DNA of 32,000 nt. Origin: Nonlabens ponticola (lineage in GTDB: Bacteria; Bacteroidota; Bacteroidia; Flavobacteriales; Flavobacteriaceae). Both the position numbers and the translations under genes were made by a program. The first letter of the stretch is position 1, and the number at the start of each line of letters is the position of its first letter. The DNA lies in contig NZ_CP034549.1 of the NCBI RefSeq assembly GCF_003966335.1, positions 1,440,001-1,472,000 of the forward strand. The letters run 5' to 3'. This document shows positions 7,562-17,661 of this stretch, in pieces. The notes under the pieces were generated by a model. It saw only the letters and a program-made list of their open reading frames with translations. It had not been told where the DNA came from and did not search any database.

Positions 7562-10500
7562 CTAGTATTTATCCAACACCCATTCACCTTTATTAATCAA
7601 TGGGATTGCAGCTTTGTACTTACAATCCTTTGACTCACCTGTCATGATGTTTTTGATAGTGACTTTATCGTTGCGACCTATCTTAGGCTGCTCGCGTGTA
7701 ATGGTCTCAGTCACCGGTTGACGTTGACGGCTGGCACCAGCACCTACGGCTCTTGATTGAGCTGCTCGCTCATCACTGTTTAAGACTTCATCCTTGCTAG
7801 TGGTCGTCTTTTCAGCCTTTTGTTGGCGCGCTTCCTGGATGGCCTGTGAATCTCTAGTAGGCAAATCTCCTTTAAATAAGAAACCAATTACCTCTTTATT
7901 CACCTTGTCAATCATCTCACGGAATAGCTCAAAAGCTTCAAACTTATAGATTAATAAAGGGTCTTTTTGCTCGTGAACGGCTAGCTGTACGCTTTGCTTC
8001 AATTCATCCATTTTACGCAAGTGCGTTTTCCATGAATCATCGATGATTGCTAGCGTGATGTTCTTTTCAAAATCGTTTACGAGCGTCTTTCCTTCACTTT
8101 CATAAGCATCCTTAAGGTTGGTAGAGACGTTGATGGTCTTGATACCATCAGTGAATGGAACCGCGATACGCTCATAATTGCGTTCATCATTTTCTACCAC
8201 ATTCTTAATTACTGGGAATACCTCTTGCGCGGTGCGCTCCATTTTTTCCTTGTAATGCTGGTAAGCAGCCTTGTAAACAATACCAGCAATTTGTTGATCG
8301 CTTTTAGATTTAAATTCTTCTTCGCTGATAGGACTGCTCATTGAGAAGTAGCGTATCAGTTCAAAGTCAAAGTTTTTAAAGTCTTGCGAGATTTTATTAG
8401 TCTGCGCGATATTTTCTGAAATATCATAGATCATGTTAGCAAGATCCACGGCAAGTCGATCACCGTTCAAGGCATTGAAACGACGCTTGTAAATAACTTC
8501 ACGCTGTGCGTTCATGACATCATCATATTCCAATAAGCGCTTACGTACACCAAAGGCGTTTTCCTCTACTTTTTTCTGTGCTCGCTCGATGGACTTGGAT
8601 ATCATGGAATGCTGGATCACTTCGCCTTCCTTCATTCCTAGTCTGTCCATGGTCTTGGCCATACGCTCAGAGCCGAACAATCGCATCAAGTTATCTTCAA
8701 GCGACACGTAGAATTGTGAACTTCCTGGGTCTCCTTGACGACCAGCACGACCACGCAACTGTCTGTCTACACGACGAGAGTCATGACGCTCTGTACCAAT
8801 AATGGCCAGACCACCAGCTTTTTTAACCTCGTCTGATAATTTGATGTCGGTACCACGACCTGCCATGTTGGTAGCGATGGTGATTTGTCCAGCGTTACCA
8901 GCGTCTGCAACGATCTCTGATTCTTTCTTGTGTTGTTTTGCATTCAATACGTTGTGCTCTATACCAGCACGTTGTAGTGTTCTACTCAATAGCTCAGATA
9001 TATCAACAGATGTAGTACCTATAAGAACTGGCCTTCCTTGTTCTTTAAGTCTTGTAACTTCTTCTATAACGGCACCGTATTTTTCACGCTTAGTTTTATA
9101 AACAAGATCTTGACGGTCATCACGAGCGATAGGTCTATTGGTAGGAATTTCCACAACATCAAGTTTGTAGATTTCCCAGAATTCACCAGCCTCGGTTACT
9201 GCAGTACCTGTCATACCAGACAACTTGCGATACATGCGGAAGTAATTCTGCAGCGTGATGGTCGCAAATGTCTGCGTGGCATCCTGAATTTTTACGTTTT
9301 CCTTGGCCTCAATCGCCTGGTGCAATCCATCGCTGTATCGACGACCATCCATGATACGACCTGTTTGCTCATCAACGATCATCACTTGCTCCTCGCTGGT
9401 AGTTTTAACGCCACCAGTCGCAGCGTCGCGAACTTTCTTGTCTTTGGACATGACGACATATTCTGTATCACGTTCAAATAGGGTATAGGCTTTAAGTAAT
9501 TGGTTAAGCGTGTGAATACGCTCTGACTTTACCGCAAATTCACGGAAGAGTTCTTCCTTCTTCTCAGCTTCTTCTTCCTTGCTTAATCCTTCACTCTCGA
9601 TGCGACCTATTTCTAGACCTACTTCTGGCATTACAAAAAAGTCTGGATCGTCCTCACCAGATAGGAACTCAATACCTTTATCGGTAAGCTCTACCTGATT
9701 GTTTTTCTCGTCAATGACAAAGTAAAGTTCTGCATCTACTTTAGGCATCTCACGATTATTATCCTGCATGTAAAAGTTCTCAGTCTTTTGCAGCAATTGC
9801 TTGATTCCTTCTTCACTCAAGAATTTTATGAGAGCCTTATTTTTAGGTAATCCTCTATAAACACGCAATAGCTCAAGTCCACCTTCTTTAGTGTCGCCTT
9901 CACTGATAAGTTTTTTAGCTTTAGCCAGCGTCTGTACCAGTTGCTTGCGCTGTACACTAACAATATTTTCTACGGGTCTTTTAAGTACATCAAATTCCTG
10001 ACGATCACCTTCTGGTACGGGTCCAGAGATAATCAAAGGTGTACGCGCATCATCAATCAAGACAGAGTCAATCTCATCTATGATCGCATAATTGTGCTTG
10101 CGTTGCACAAGATCCTTGGTGCTGTGCGCCATATTATCACGCAGGTAGTCAAAACCAAACTCATTATTGGTTCCGTAAGTGATATCTGCTAGATAGGCTT
10201 GCCTTCTGGAATCAGAATTAGGCTTGTGGTAATCAATACAGTCTATGGAAAGACCGTGAAATTCAAAAAGAGGTCCTATCCAGGCGCCATCACGCTTTGC
10301 CAGGTAATCATTCACGGTAACTACGTGTACACCGTTACCAGTTAAGGCATTTAAATAAACAGGCAAGGTTGCCACAAGCGTTTTACCTTCACCAGTTTGC
10401 ATCTCGGCAATTTTGCCTTTGTGCAATGCTGCACCACCTATAAGTTGTACATCATAGTGAATCATGTCCCAGGTTACTGCTTTACCAGCGGCATCCCATG

Positions 10501-10975
10501 AGTTGTGCCATATGGCGTGATCACCATCTAGTTCTACATAGTCTTTCTCGCCGCTCAATTCTCGATCACGAGCAGTTGCCGTGACTCTAATTTCTGGGTT
10601 GTGGAAAAAGCGCTTTGCTGTTTCTTTCATCACGGCAAATGCCTCTGGCATGATCTCATGCAAGACATCTTCTGCCTGCTGGTATGCCACATCTTCTAGC
10701 GCGTCGATACGTTCATAGATTTCCTCACGAGCGTCGATATCTTCTTCCTTGTCAGCATCTTCTTTAAGAGTGGATATCTGTTGTAGTGTTTCCGCTTTCG
10801 CGAAAGCTATCTTCTCTTTAAACTCTACCGTTTTATGACGCAGTTCATCAATGCTCAATGCCTCTAGTGACGGTTCAATGGCGAGTACTTGATCAACATA
10901 AGGTCGCAGCTCTGCCACATCCTTTTTTGATTTATCGCCTACAAATATTTTTAAAACGGAATCTAATAGTCCCAT
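7562..10975 (-). CDS. secA: Preprotein translocase ATPase SecA
   Basis: 1137 aa. Walker [19 protein letters not shown]-like [21 protein letters not shown], and motifs [31 protein letters not shown] and [12 protein letters not shown]. Confidence 0.97.
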   Translation of the reverse strand: MGLLDSVLKIFVGDKSKKDVAELRPYVDQVLAIEPSLEALSIDELRHKTVEFKEKIAFAKAETLQQISTLKEDADKEEDIDAREEIYERIDALEDVAYQQAEDVLHEIMPEAFAVMKETAKRFFHNPEIRVTATARDRELSGEKDYVELDGDHAIWHNSWDAAGKAVTWDMIHYDVQLIGGAALHKGKIAEMQTGEGKTLVATLPVYLNALTGNGVHVVTVNDYLAKRDGAWIGPLFEFHGLSIDCIDYHKPNSDSRRQAYLADITYGTNNEFGFDYLRDNMAHSTKDLVQRKHNYAIIDEIDSVLIDDARTPLIISGPVPEGDRQEFDVLKRPVENIVSVQRKQLVQTLAKAKKLISEGDTKEGGLELLRVYRGLPKNKALIKFLSEEGIKQLLQKTENFYMQDNNREMPKVDAELYFVIDEKNNQVELTDKGIEFLSGEDDPDFFVMPEVGLEIGRIESEGLSKEEEAEKKEELFREFAVKSERIHTLNQLLKAYTLFERDTEYVVMSKDKKVRDAATGGVKTTSEEQVMIVDEQTGRIMDGRRYSDGLHQAIEAKENVKIQDATQTFATITLQNYFRMYRKLSGMTGTAVTEAGEFWEIYKLDVVEIPTNRPIARDDRQDLVYKTKREKYGAVIEEVTRLKEQGRPVLIGTTSVDISELLSRTLQRAGIEHNVLNAKQHKKESEIVADAGNAGQITIATNMAGRGTDIKLSDEVKKAGGLAIIGTERHDSRRVDRQLRGRAGRQGDPGSSQFYVSLEDNLMRLFGSERMAKTMDRLGMKEGEVIQHSMISKSIERAQKKVEENAFGVRKRLLEYDDVMNAQREVIYKRRFNALNGDRLAVDLANMIYDISENIAQTNKISQDFKNFDFELIRYFSMSSPISEEEFKSKSDQQIAGIVYKAAYQHYKEKMERTAQEVFPVIKNVVENDERNYERIAVPFTDGIKTINVSTNLKDAYESEGKTLVNDFEKNITLAIIDDSWKTHLRKMDELKQSVQLAVHEQKDPLLIYKFEAFELFREMIDKVNKEVIGFLFKGDLPTRDSQAIQEARQQKAEKTTTSKDEVLNSDERAAQSRAVGAGASRQRQPVTETITREQPKIGRNDKVTIKNIMTGESKDCKYKAAIPLINKGEWVLDKY
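10794..10807. repeat. GCTTTCGCGAAAGC palindrome, copy 5 (extended TTCCGCTTTCGCGAAAGC, 10790-10807)
   Basis: It lies inside secA at codons 57-61 and encodes AFAKA (KIAFAKAET). Confidence 0.95.
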
Positions 10976-11047
10976 GAATTGTTATATTACTGATTAATAG
11001 CTATTTAACTTAATTAAATCGCTCTTGCTAAGGTCTTAAATTTAAAA

Positions 11048-11077
11048 CAAAAAAAAAGCCTCTTGCGAGACTTTTTT
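11048..11077 (-). terminator. Rho-independent terminator downstream of the DUF2795 gene (flanked by A-run and T-run, so possibly bidirectional)
   Basis: The minus strand reads AGTCTC-gcaa-GAGGCT (6-bp stem with one G.U pair and a GNRA-type loop) followed by about 9 T. It lies 22 nt after the stop at 11094. Confidence 0.6.
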
Positions 11078-11093
11078 AAAGGGTCTATGACCA

Positions 11094-11315
11094 TTAATAC
11101 TCATCCTCATTCCAGAGGTAGTCGTCGTCTGTTGGGTAATCGGGCCAGATTTCCTGGATCGATTCATAAGAGTCACCTTCATCCTCAATGGCCTGAAGAT
11201 TCTCCACTACCTCTAGAGGCGCACCCGTACGGATGGCATAGTCGATAAGTTCGTCCTTTTCTGCTGGCCAAGGTGCATCACTTAAATACGATGCTAGTTC
11301 TAGTGTCCAATACAT
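11094..11315 (-). CDS. DUF2795-domain protein (73 aa)
   Basis: LSDAPWPAEKDELIDYAIRTGAPLEVVENLQAI...YESIQEI fits the DUF2795 pattern (FPAxKxELIxxAxxxGAxxxVxxxL...YxSxxEV). The tail is acidic. Confidence 0.65.
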   Translation of the reverse strand: MYWTLELASYLSDAPWPAEKDELIDYAIRTGAPLEVVENLQAIEDEGDSYESIQEIWPDYPTDDDYLWNEDEY

Positions 11316-11338
11316 AATTATACTCGTTTAATTTTTTG

Positions 11339-11346
11339 CAAAAATA
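11339..11346 (-). promoter_or_regulatory. Candidate Bacteroidota -7 promoter box (TATTTTTG = TAnnTTTG) for the DUF2795 gene
   Basis: The minus strand reads cTTG, then 19 nt, then TATTTTTG, then 23 nt, then ATG (11315). This matches the Bacteroidetes sigma-A consensus of -33 TTTG and -7 TAnnTTTG. Confidence 0.4.
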
Positions 11347-11512
11347 GAATTATTGCCTACCTGTGCAAGTTTTTTTTAAATTTTAAGACTCAAGATTTGA
11401 AAGAGCGTTTAAGCTTCTAGAAATCAAATTGTTCCTGCAAAAATGGTGAAGTACTTTTTCCCCTTATTTTAACAATGGTGAGAGCATTACTATGCTTTCT
11501 ACGACTCCATTA

Positions 11513-12085
11513 TTAGTGCTTTTTTGGGATCCACTTGATCTCTTCTGCTTGTAGGTCTTTTGACAATTTACGTGCCAAGACAAAAAGGTAGTCAGATAGT
11601 CTATTGACGTACTTCAATACTTGAGGATCGACTGGCGTTTGCGCATTGAGTTCTGCACACAAACGCTCTGCACGACGGCAAACGGTGCGTGTGATGTGAC
11701 AATATGACACAGATTCATGGCCGCCAGGCAATATAAAGTGAGTCATTTGTGGTAGGTCTTGATCCATGCGGTCCATCTCATGCTCCAATAGTTCAATATC
11801 TGCATCACTAATCTTTGAGATGTTTAGGCGTTCCTTACCGTTTTTTAAGGTCTCTTTTTCAGGTGGTGTCGCGAGAATGGCACCAATGGTAAAGAGGTGA
11901 TGCTGTATGGTGATGATGGTAGCCTTAACAAGCGCATCTACATCTTGATCTCTTATCAATCCCATCCATGAATTAAGTTCATCAATAGTGCCGTAGCTAT
12001 CAATGCGCAAATTGTGCTTGGGAACTCGCGTACCGCCAAAAAGTGCCGTAGTTCCTTCATCTCCTGTCTTAGTATATATTTTCAT
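11513..12085 (-). CDS. ATP:cob(I)alamin adenosyltransferase, PduO type
   Basis: N-terminus MKIYTKTGDEGTTALFGGTRVPKH. Also IDELNSWMGL and the RRAER motif (CRRAERLC), at the typical size of 190 aa. Confidence 0.85.
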   Translation of the reverse strand: MKIYTKTGDEGTTALFGGTRVPKHNLRIDSYGTIDELNSWMGLIRDQDVDALVKATIITIQHHLFTIGAILATPPEKETLKNGKERLNISKISDADIELLEHEMDRMDQDLPQMTHFILPGGHESVSYCHITRTVCRRAERLCAELNAQTPVDPQVLKYVNRLSDYLFVLARKLSKDLQAEEIKWIPKKH

Positions 12086-12102
12086 GGGGAATTGATTAGT
12101 AA

Positions 12103-12555
12103 TTAAATAGAAGCATAATCCTCTTCATCGCTCACAATGATCTCTGGATTGAGTTCTAGCAAATGCTCAATGAATTTGTCGGCTCTTTTAGGACTTATGT
12201 ACAGCTCGTCATAGCTGCCGTACTTAATAATGATACCGTTGCGAGCAGTGGCTGGTTTTAAACCTACCCAAAGCGTTGTATTCTTGATAATACGATTGAT
12301 GTCCTTGATCTCAATCGACCCACGCAATGGACCAGAGACGTACTTGAGTTTTCCATCGCCTAGTTTGTAATAGGTTTGAAACAATATCCATAGCAGCAAC
12401 AGCGGAATGATGAGCATGATGACAATACTAGGAATCCAAAAGGACAGTTCCTTCTGGCTATTGTGCAAGCCAGAATACATCAGGTAAAAAAGAATACTGC
12501 ATACGGTAACAACTACCAATATCATTAAAAATCCTTTTTTGCTCCTGTATCTCAT
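12103..12555 (-). CDS. Membrane protein with two N-terminal TM helices and a bacterial PH-like domain
   Basis: 150 aa. Two hydrophobic helices are followed by YYKLGDGKLKYVSGPLRGSIEIKDINRI...GIIIKY, a pattern resembling bPH/YdbT-like domains. This assignment is weak. Confidence 0.45.
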   Translation of the reverse strand: MRYRSKKGFLMILVVVTVCSILFYLMYSGLHNSQKELSFWIPSIVIMLIIPLLLLWILFQTYYKLGDGKLKYVSGPLRGSIEIKDINRIIKNTTLWVGLKPATARNGIIIKYGSYDELYISPKRADKFIEHLLELNPEIIVSDEEDYASI

Positions 12556-12561
12556 GTGATC

Positions 12562-12918
12562 TTATTGATTAGCCGCTTGCTCTTCAACAGCATCCCAATA
12601 TTCATAGGCGCGTCTCAGATGTGGTATCACGATGGTGCCGCCTACCAGATTTGCAATGGCGAGCGCCTCAACAACCTCTTCTTTAGAAAGTCCAGCCTTA
12701 TGACTTTCTTCTAGATGGTATTTTACACAGTCATCACAACGCAAAACCGTACTGGCGACAAGGCCTAGTAATTCTTTGGTTTTTTTATCTAGAGCACCTT
12801 CTGCAAAAGCGTTGGTGTCTAGATTAAAGATGCGTTTGATGATTTTATTGTTATCAGCTAGGATGGCATCGTTCATGCGAGCGCGATAGCTGTTAAATTC
12901 TTCTACTGGATTACTCAT
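12562..12918 (-). CDS. Carboxymuconolactone decarboxylase (AhpD-like) family protein
   Basis: 118 aa. LDKKTKELLGLVASTVLRCDDCVKYH carries the CxxC of the AhpD-like/CMD fold. Its ATG overlaps the tatC stop (ATGA). Confidence 0.7.
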   Translation of the reverse strand: MSNPVEEFNSYRARMNDAILADNNKIIKRIFNLDTNAFAEGALDKKTKELLGLVASTVLRCDDCVKYHLEESHKAGLSKEEVVEALAIANLVGGTIVIPHLRRAYEYWDAVEEQAANQ

Positions 12919-13748
12919 GTGGTATTTAATTTACGTTTGCGTCTTGCGTCGCGTTTCAAAACAAATTTTGAAATATAGATGCTTATCTCATAAAGTATAA
13001 GCACTGGAATAGCTACGATGACCTGGCTCGCTACGTCTGGTGGCGTTATAACAGCGGCAATCACCAGTACCGCAACGAGTGCAAACTTGCGGTATTTGCG
13101 CATGCCTTCTGGTGTGGCAAGACCTACTTTGGTCAAGAAATAAATGATGATAGGTAGCTCAAACAGGATACCACTGGCAAGTGCGCTGGCACGTATGTAG
13201 GCGATATAACTCTGCAAGCTAGGTTGGGTTTCTACCATGTCACTCAACTCATAGGTCAGCATAAAGTGAACGGATAGCGGCGCGATCACGTAGTAACCAA
13301 AAACTACTCCTATAAAAAAAAGTAAACTGCTTATTCCTATAAAACCCTTACTATACTTGCGCTCATTGGCCTTAAGACCTGGCGCGATAAATTGCCATAC
13401 CTGCCACAGTACCCAGGGAAATGCCACGACAAAACCTACCGTGATCGACGTCCAGATGTGAGCCGAAAATAAGTCGGACATCTCACGGGACTGAATGATA
13501 AAGTTGAAATTAGGATCACAAAACTCGCTTTCAAAACCTAGAAATCTACCTATGTTACAGAATACCTCATAGGTGACAAAATTTCTCTTGATAGGCCCAA
13601 AAATGATGGTGTTGAAGATAAAGTCCTTAGCAATAAAGGCAATAATCGCTCCTATAAATATGCCTATCAAACTGCGTATAAGTGCCCAGCGCAGCTCTTC
13701 TACGTGGTCAAGAAAGGACATATTATTTGGATCAGCCTTGCGTGCCAT
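12915..13748 (-). CDS. tatC: Twin-arginine translocase subunit TatC
   Basis: MSFLDHVEELRWALIRS is the typical TatC N-terminus. There are six TM segments, and the gene directly abuts the kpsF stop. The start could instead be the internal Met (MSFLDH, 13721). Confidence 0.85.
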   Translation of the reverse strand: MARKADPNNMSFLDHVEELRWALIRSLIGIFIGAIIAFIAKDFIFNTIIFGPIKRNFVTYEVFCNIGRFLGFESEFCDPNFNFIIQSREMSDLFSAHIWTSITVGFVVAFPWVLWQVWQFIAPGLKANERKYSKGFIGISSLLFFIGVVFGYYVIAPLSVHFMLTYELSDMVETQPSLQSYIAYIRASALASGILFELPIIIYFLTKVGLATPEGMRKYRKFALVAVLVIAAVITPPDVASQVIVAIPVLILYEISIYISKFVLKRDARRKRKLNTT

Positions 13749-14774
13749 TTATACGATACCTTCTCTTATAACATCGTGAATGTGCACCACACCAGCATAA
13801 TTGCCATTTGCATCTACTGCGATAAGCTGCGATACATTAAGTTCTTCCATGAGCTCGCGTGCCTGCACGGCCATACTATCTACTGTTATCGTTTTAGGCT
13901 GGCCGCTCATGATATCTGTAGCTGTTAGACTATCGATATCCTTACCGCTGGACAGCATGCGACGCAAATCACCATCGGTAATAATGCCAACTAGTTGATT
14001 GTTTTCTACTACAGCTGTCATGCCTAGCATGTGTTCTGAAATGGTGACGATTACCTCACGCAAACTAGTCGCTGGCGATACGGCAGGTTTAGGACGTTGT
14101 TCTACTAGATCTTGAACGCGCAGATATAATTTTTTACCTAGCGCGCCACCTGGATGATAGCGTGCAAAATCCTGATCAGTAAATCCTTTGAGCTCTAATA
14201 AGCAAATAGCTAATGCATCACCAATGACAAGCTGCGCCGTCGTGCTAGTGGTGGGCGCTAGCCCATTGGGACACGCCTCTTCTTGAATAGGCGCGTGCAG
14301 GACATAATCTGCTTCTTGACCTAAGAATGATTCTCGATGACTTGTAATGGCGACAAGCTTGTTGTCAAAATTCTTGATCAGTGGCACGAGCACTTTGATC
14401 TCTGGCGTGTTTCCGCTTTTTGAGATACAGACTACCACGTCGTTTTTTTGAACGATGCCTAGATCTCCATGAATCGCATCTGCTGCATGCATGAATATGG
14501 CTGGCGTGCCCGTGCTGTTCATGGTAGCCACGATTTTCTGGGCGATGATAGCACTCTTGCCTATACCAGTAATGATGACTCTTCCTTGCGAGGAGTGTAT
14601 GTGTTGTACCGCTTTCGCGAAAGCGGAATCAATAGAATTCTCTAACTCTTTAATAGCATTTGCCTCGATGCGCACAGTGCGTCGAGCCACTTGCAAGATT
14701 TGATCTACGGTATTCAAAAAAGCCTGCGGATTTAAAGTGTTTGTGTAAAAAGAATTTAATCGTAAATTGAGCAT
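13749..14774 (-). CDS. kpsF: Arabinose-5-phosphate isomerase KpsF/GutQ family (SIS domain plus tandem CBS domains)
   Basis: GRVIITGIGKSAIIAQKIVATMNSTGTPAIFMHAADAIHGDLG (SIS domain) and a C-terminal CBS pair. I prefer Met13 of the track ORF (14774), because the 14810 start would overlap the divergent recQ start. Confidence 0.85.
   Translation of the reverse strand: MLNLRLNSFYTNTLNPQAFLNTVDQILQVARRTVRIEANAIKELENSIDSAFAKAVQHIHSSQGRVIITGIGKSAIIAQKIVATMNSTGTPAIFMHAADAIHGDLGIVQKNDVVVCISKSGNTPEIKVLVPLIKNFDNKLVAITSHRESFLGQEADYVLHAPIQEEACPNGLAPTTSTTAQLVIGDALAICLLELKGFTDQDFARYHPGGALGKKLYLRVQDLVEQRPKPAVSPATSLREVIVTISEHMLGMTAVVENNQLVGIITDGDLRRMLSSGKDIDSLTATDIMSGQPKTITVDSMAVQARELMEELNVSQLIAVDANGNYAGVVHIHDVIREGIV
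14611..14624. repeat. GCTTTCGCGAAAGC palindrome, copy 6 (extended CGCTTTCGCGAAAGCGGAA, 14610-14628)
   Basis: It lies inside kpsF and encodes AFAKA (DSAFAKAVQ). Confidence 0.95.
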
Positions 14775-14803
14775 ACAAAGATAAACAAAAAGCGAGCAGC
14801 CGT

Positions 14804-16993
14804 ATGGCATTTAAGCAGTCTGAATTAGAAGCGCATCTCAAGAAATATTTTGGTTTTGATCAGTTTAGAGGACTGCAAAAACAAGTGATTACCTCATTAC
14901 TCAATAAGGAAGATGTCTTTGTGATAATGCCTACTGGTGGCGGTAAATCCTTGTGTTATCAATTGCCTGCCTTGATGCAGGATGGTACAGCGATCGTCGT
15001 GTCACCGCTCATCGCACTCATGAAGAATCAAGTGGATGCCATACGTGGTATTTCTGACAATGATGGTGTGGCGCACGTACTCAACAGTAGCTTGACTAAA
15101 GGTGAGGTGCAGCAAGTCAAGGAAGACATCACTAATGGAGTTACCAAGTTATTGTACGTTGCACCAGAATCGCTCACTAAGGAAGAATATGCAGAGTTTT
15201 TAAAAGAGCAGAATATATCATTTCTTGCTGTCGATGAGGCTCATTGTATTAGTGAATGGGGTCATGATTTCAGGCCTGAATACCGCAACTTGCGCAAGAT
15301 CATTGATCGCATAGGCGATGAGATTCCCATCATAGGACTTACCGCAACGGCAACGCCCAAGGTTCAGGAAGATATCCTCAAGAATTTACAAATACAGGAT
15401 GCCACCACTTTTAAGGCATCGTTTAATAGACCCAATCTCTATTATGAGGTGCGACCTAAAACCGCACAGGTAGATGCAGATATCACACGTTTTATCAAGC
15501 AAAACGAGGGCAAGTCTGGCATCGTGTACTGCTTGTCTCGCAAGCGCGTAGAAGAGCTAGCTCAAGTACTGCAGGTAAACGGCATCAAGGCTGTTCCCTA
15601 TCATGCTGGACTGGACGCCAAAACCAGAGCGCTGCATCAGGATCAATTCCTGATGGAAGATGTGGATGTGGTGGTGGCGACTATCGCCTTTGGTATGGGA
15701 ATCGACAAGCCCGATGTGCGATTTGTCATTCACCATGACATTCCTAAAAGTATTGAATCCTATTATCAAGAAACAGGTCGTGCAGGTCGTGATGGTGGTG
15801 AAGGTCACTGTCTTGCCTACTATGCCTATAAGGACATTGAAAAGCTTGAAAAATTCATGAGCGGTAAACCCATTGCCGAACAGGAAATAGGACACGCGCT
15901 CTTGCAGGAAATGGTAGGCTACTCAGAAACTAGCATGAGTCGCAGGCAGTATATCCTACATTATTTTGGCGAAGAGTTTGATCCAGCCACTGGTCTAGGT
16001 GGCGATATGGATGACAATATGCGCAATCCCAAACCACAGCGCGAGGCCATTGATGACGTCAAGAAATTAATCAAGGTAGTTGATGCCGCTGGCGAGCGCT
16101 ACAAGGCCAAAGACATAGTGCGCATCCTTATAGGAAAGAGCAACGCCATGATCTCAAGCCACAAGTTAGAGGAACAAGATTTCTTTGGTAGCGGTAAGGA
16201 TAAAGAGGCGTCCTATTGGACGGCACTTATACGCCAGGTTCTCGTAGCGAGATACATAAGAAAGGACATTGAATCCTATGGCACCATCAAGATGACCGAC
16301 GCTGGTCGTGCGTTCCTTAAATCAGGAACCAGCTTCATGATGAGCGACGACCATACCTATCATGATGATGCACCATCAGGCAATGCTGCCGTTGCTGGAT
16401 CCATGGATGCCACGCTGGTAAAGATGCTCAAAGAGCTGCGTAAGAAAGTGGGCAAGCAAAAAAACGTGCCGCCCTACGTAGTCTTTCAGGATCCATCCAT
16501 TGATGATATGGCGACAAAATATCCATTGACCATAGAGGAGCTGGCAAATATTCATGGTGTAGGCGATGGTAAGGCAAGGAAATTTGGTAAACCATTTATC
16601 GAGCTCATCAATCGATATGTCGAGGATAACGACATCTCGCGTCCCGACGAGATGGTCATTAAATCCACAGGTGCAAAAAGTGGTAATAAGCTTTATTTTA
16701 TCACCAGTATCGACCGTAAACTAAGTTTTGAAGACATCGCCGACGCCAAGGGCATGGAGATGGACGAGCTTATCAAGGAACTGGAGAGCATCGTTTACAG
16801 CGGTACCAAACTCAACATAAGCTACTGGGTTGATGAGATGCTGGATGACGACCAGCAAGAAGAACTTCACGAGTACTTTCTAGAGGCAGATAATGACAGC
16901 ATCGATGCCGCGATGGAAGAATTTGACGGCGATTATGACGATGATGAACTGCGCTTGTATCGCTTGAAGTTTATAAGCGAGGTAGGTAACTAG
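14804..16993 (+). CDS. recQ: ATP-dependent DNA helicase RecQ
   Basis: YFGFDQFRGLQ, MPTGGGKSLCYQLPA, DEAHCISEWGHDFRPEY, TATAT, and IAFGMGIDKPDVRFVIHHDIPKSIESYYQETGRAGRDG. An RQC region and a C-terminal HRDC region follow. Confidence 0.95.
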   Translation: MAFKQSELEAHLKKYFGFDQFRGLQKQVITSLLNKEDVFVIMPTGGGKSLCYQLPALMQDGTAIVVSPLIALMKNQVDAIRGISDNDGVAHVLNSSLTKGEVQQVKEDITNGVTKLLYVAPESLTKEEYAEFLKEQNISFLAVDEAHCISEWGHDFRPEYRNLRKIIDRIGDEIPIIGLTATATPKVQEDILKNLQIQDATTFKASFNRPNLYYEVRPKTAQVDADITRFIKQNEGKSGIVYCLSRKRVEELAQVLQVNGIKAVPYHAGLDAKTRALHQDQFLMEDVDVVVATIAFGMGIDKPDVRFVIHHDIPKSIESYYQETGRAGRDGGEGHCLAYYAYKDIEKLEKFMSGKPIAEQEIGHALLQEMVGYSETSMSRRQYILHYFGEEFDPATGLGGDMDDNMRNPKPQREAIDDVKKLIKVVDAAGERYKAKDIVRILIGKSNAMISSHKLEEQDFFGSGKDKEASYWTALIRQVLVARYIRKDIESYGTIKMTDAGRAFLKSGTSFMMSDDHTYHDDAPSGNAAVAGSMDATLVKMLKELRKKVGKQKNVPPYVVFQDPSIDDMATKYPLTIEELANIHGVGDGKARKFGKPFIELINRYVEDNDISRPDEMVIKSTGAKSGNKLYFITSIDRKLSFEDIADAKGMEMDELIKELESIVYSGTKLNISYWVDEMLDDDQQEELHEYFLEADNDSIDAAMEEFDGDYDDDELRLYRLKFISEVGN

Positions 16994-17007
16994 AATCTAA
17001 ATCAATT

Positions 17008-17550
17008 CTAATTAGTTAATACATAGTCTACGTCAAGTATTTCGTATTCATTGATAATTCCATAAATGAGACTTTCTTCATAATCAACTGTAAATAGGCA
17101 GTTTGAATTTGCTTCAATGCTAGTGCAATTATTAGTAGCGATATTTCTAAAGAACGGACCACTGCCCGTAATTTCATCACTTCTTGTAGTCAAAATAGGT
17201 ACACCTGTAACATCTTCATCACTCAAATTATTCATACGAATGCTGAAATTAAAGTATCTCGTATTATTACCAGTGTCAGGTATAAATTCAAAGGACTCAA
17301 TCTCGTATGAGAATTCTGCAAGGTAAGGTGGTTCAATAACTTCTATTCCTGTAGGTTCTGGAAAATCGCAAGGTACTTCTAGGGAACTTTCTGTGGTAAA
17401 AGTTTGATTACCGACCGTATAAGATTGTGGAATTGTGATTGTTTTCATACAGTCCTCATCGTCGTCTGAGCTGCAGGAAATTATTACCAATGAAATAAGC
17501 ATTATCAATAATAATCTGAATGTATTTATGCTAAGTTGTTTAAACATCAT
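17008..17550 (-). CDS. Hypothetical lipoprotein (180 aa)
   Basis: Lipobox LVIISC followed by an acidic stretch SSDDDED. No recognised family. Confidence 0.5.
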   Translation of the reverse strand: MMFKQLSINTFRLLLIMLISLVIISCSSDDDEDCMKTITIPQSYTVGNQTFTTESSLEVPCDFPEPTGIEVIEPPYLAEFSYEIESFEFIPDTGNNTRYFNFSIRMNNLSDEDVTGVPILTTRSDEITGSGPFFRNIATNNCTSIEANSNCLFTVDYEESLIYGIINEYEILDVDYVLTN

Positions 17551-17661
17551 AATTCAAATCTATCAAAACTCTACATAAGATATGTGCTGTGCTAAAAAAT
17601 ATTGTGTCGTTCTAAAGGGTGTTTCTGAAATCTTAATACCAAAAATATACATGGTTTTTAG

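Noticed and set aside
8514-10192. Several plus-strand ORFs of 60-147 aa (8514-8711, 8578-8802, 8802-9101, 9038-9481, 9303-9488, 9941-10192) lie antisense to secA.
   Set aside because: They lie wholly inside the strongly supported secA frame. Their composition is low-complexity and Ser/Arg/Cys-rich, as is typical of antisense frames, and none has a recognisable motif.
5685-10807. The palindrome starts at codon 57 in both meaB and secA.
   Set aside because: The proteins are unrelated and the flanking sequence differs. This is most likely coincidence.
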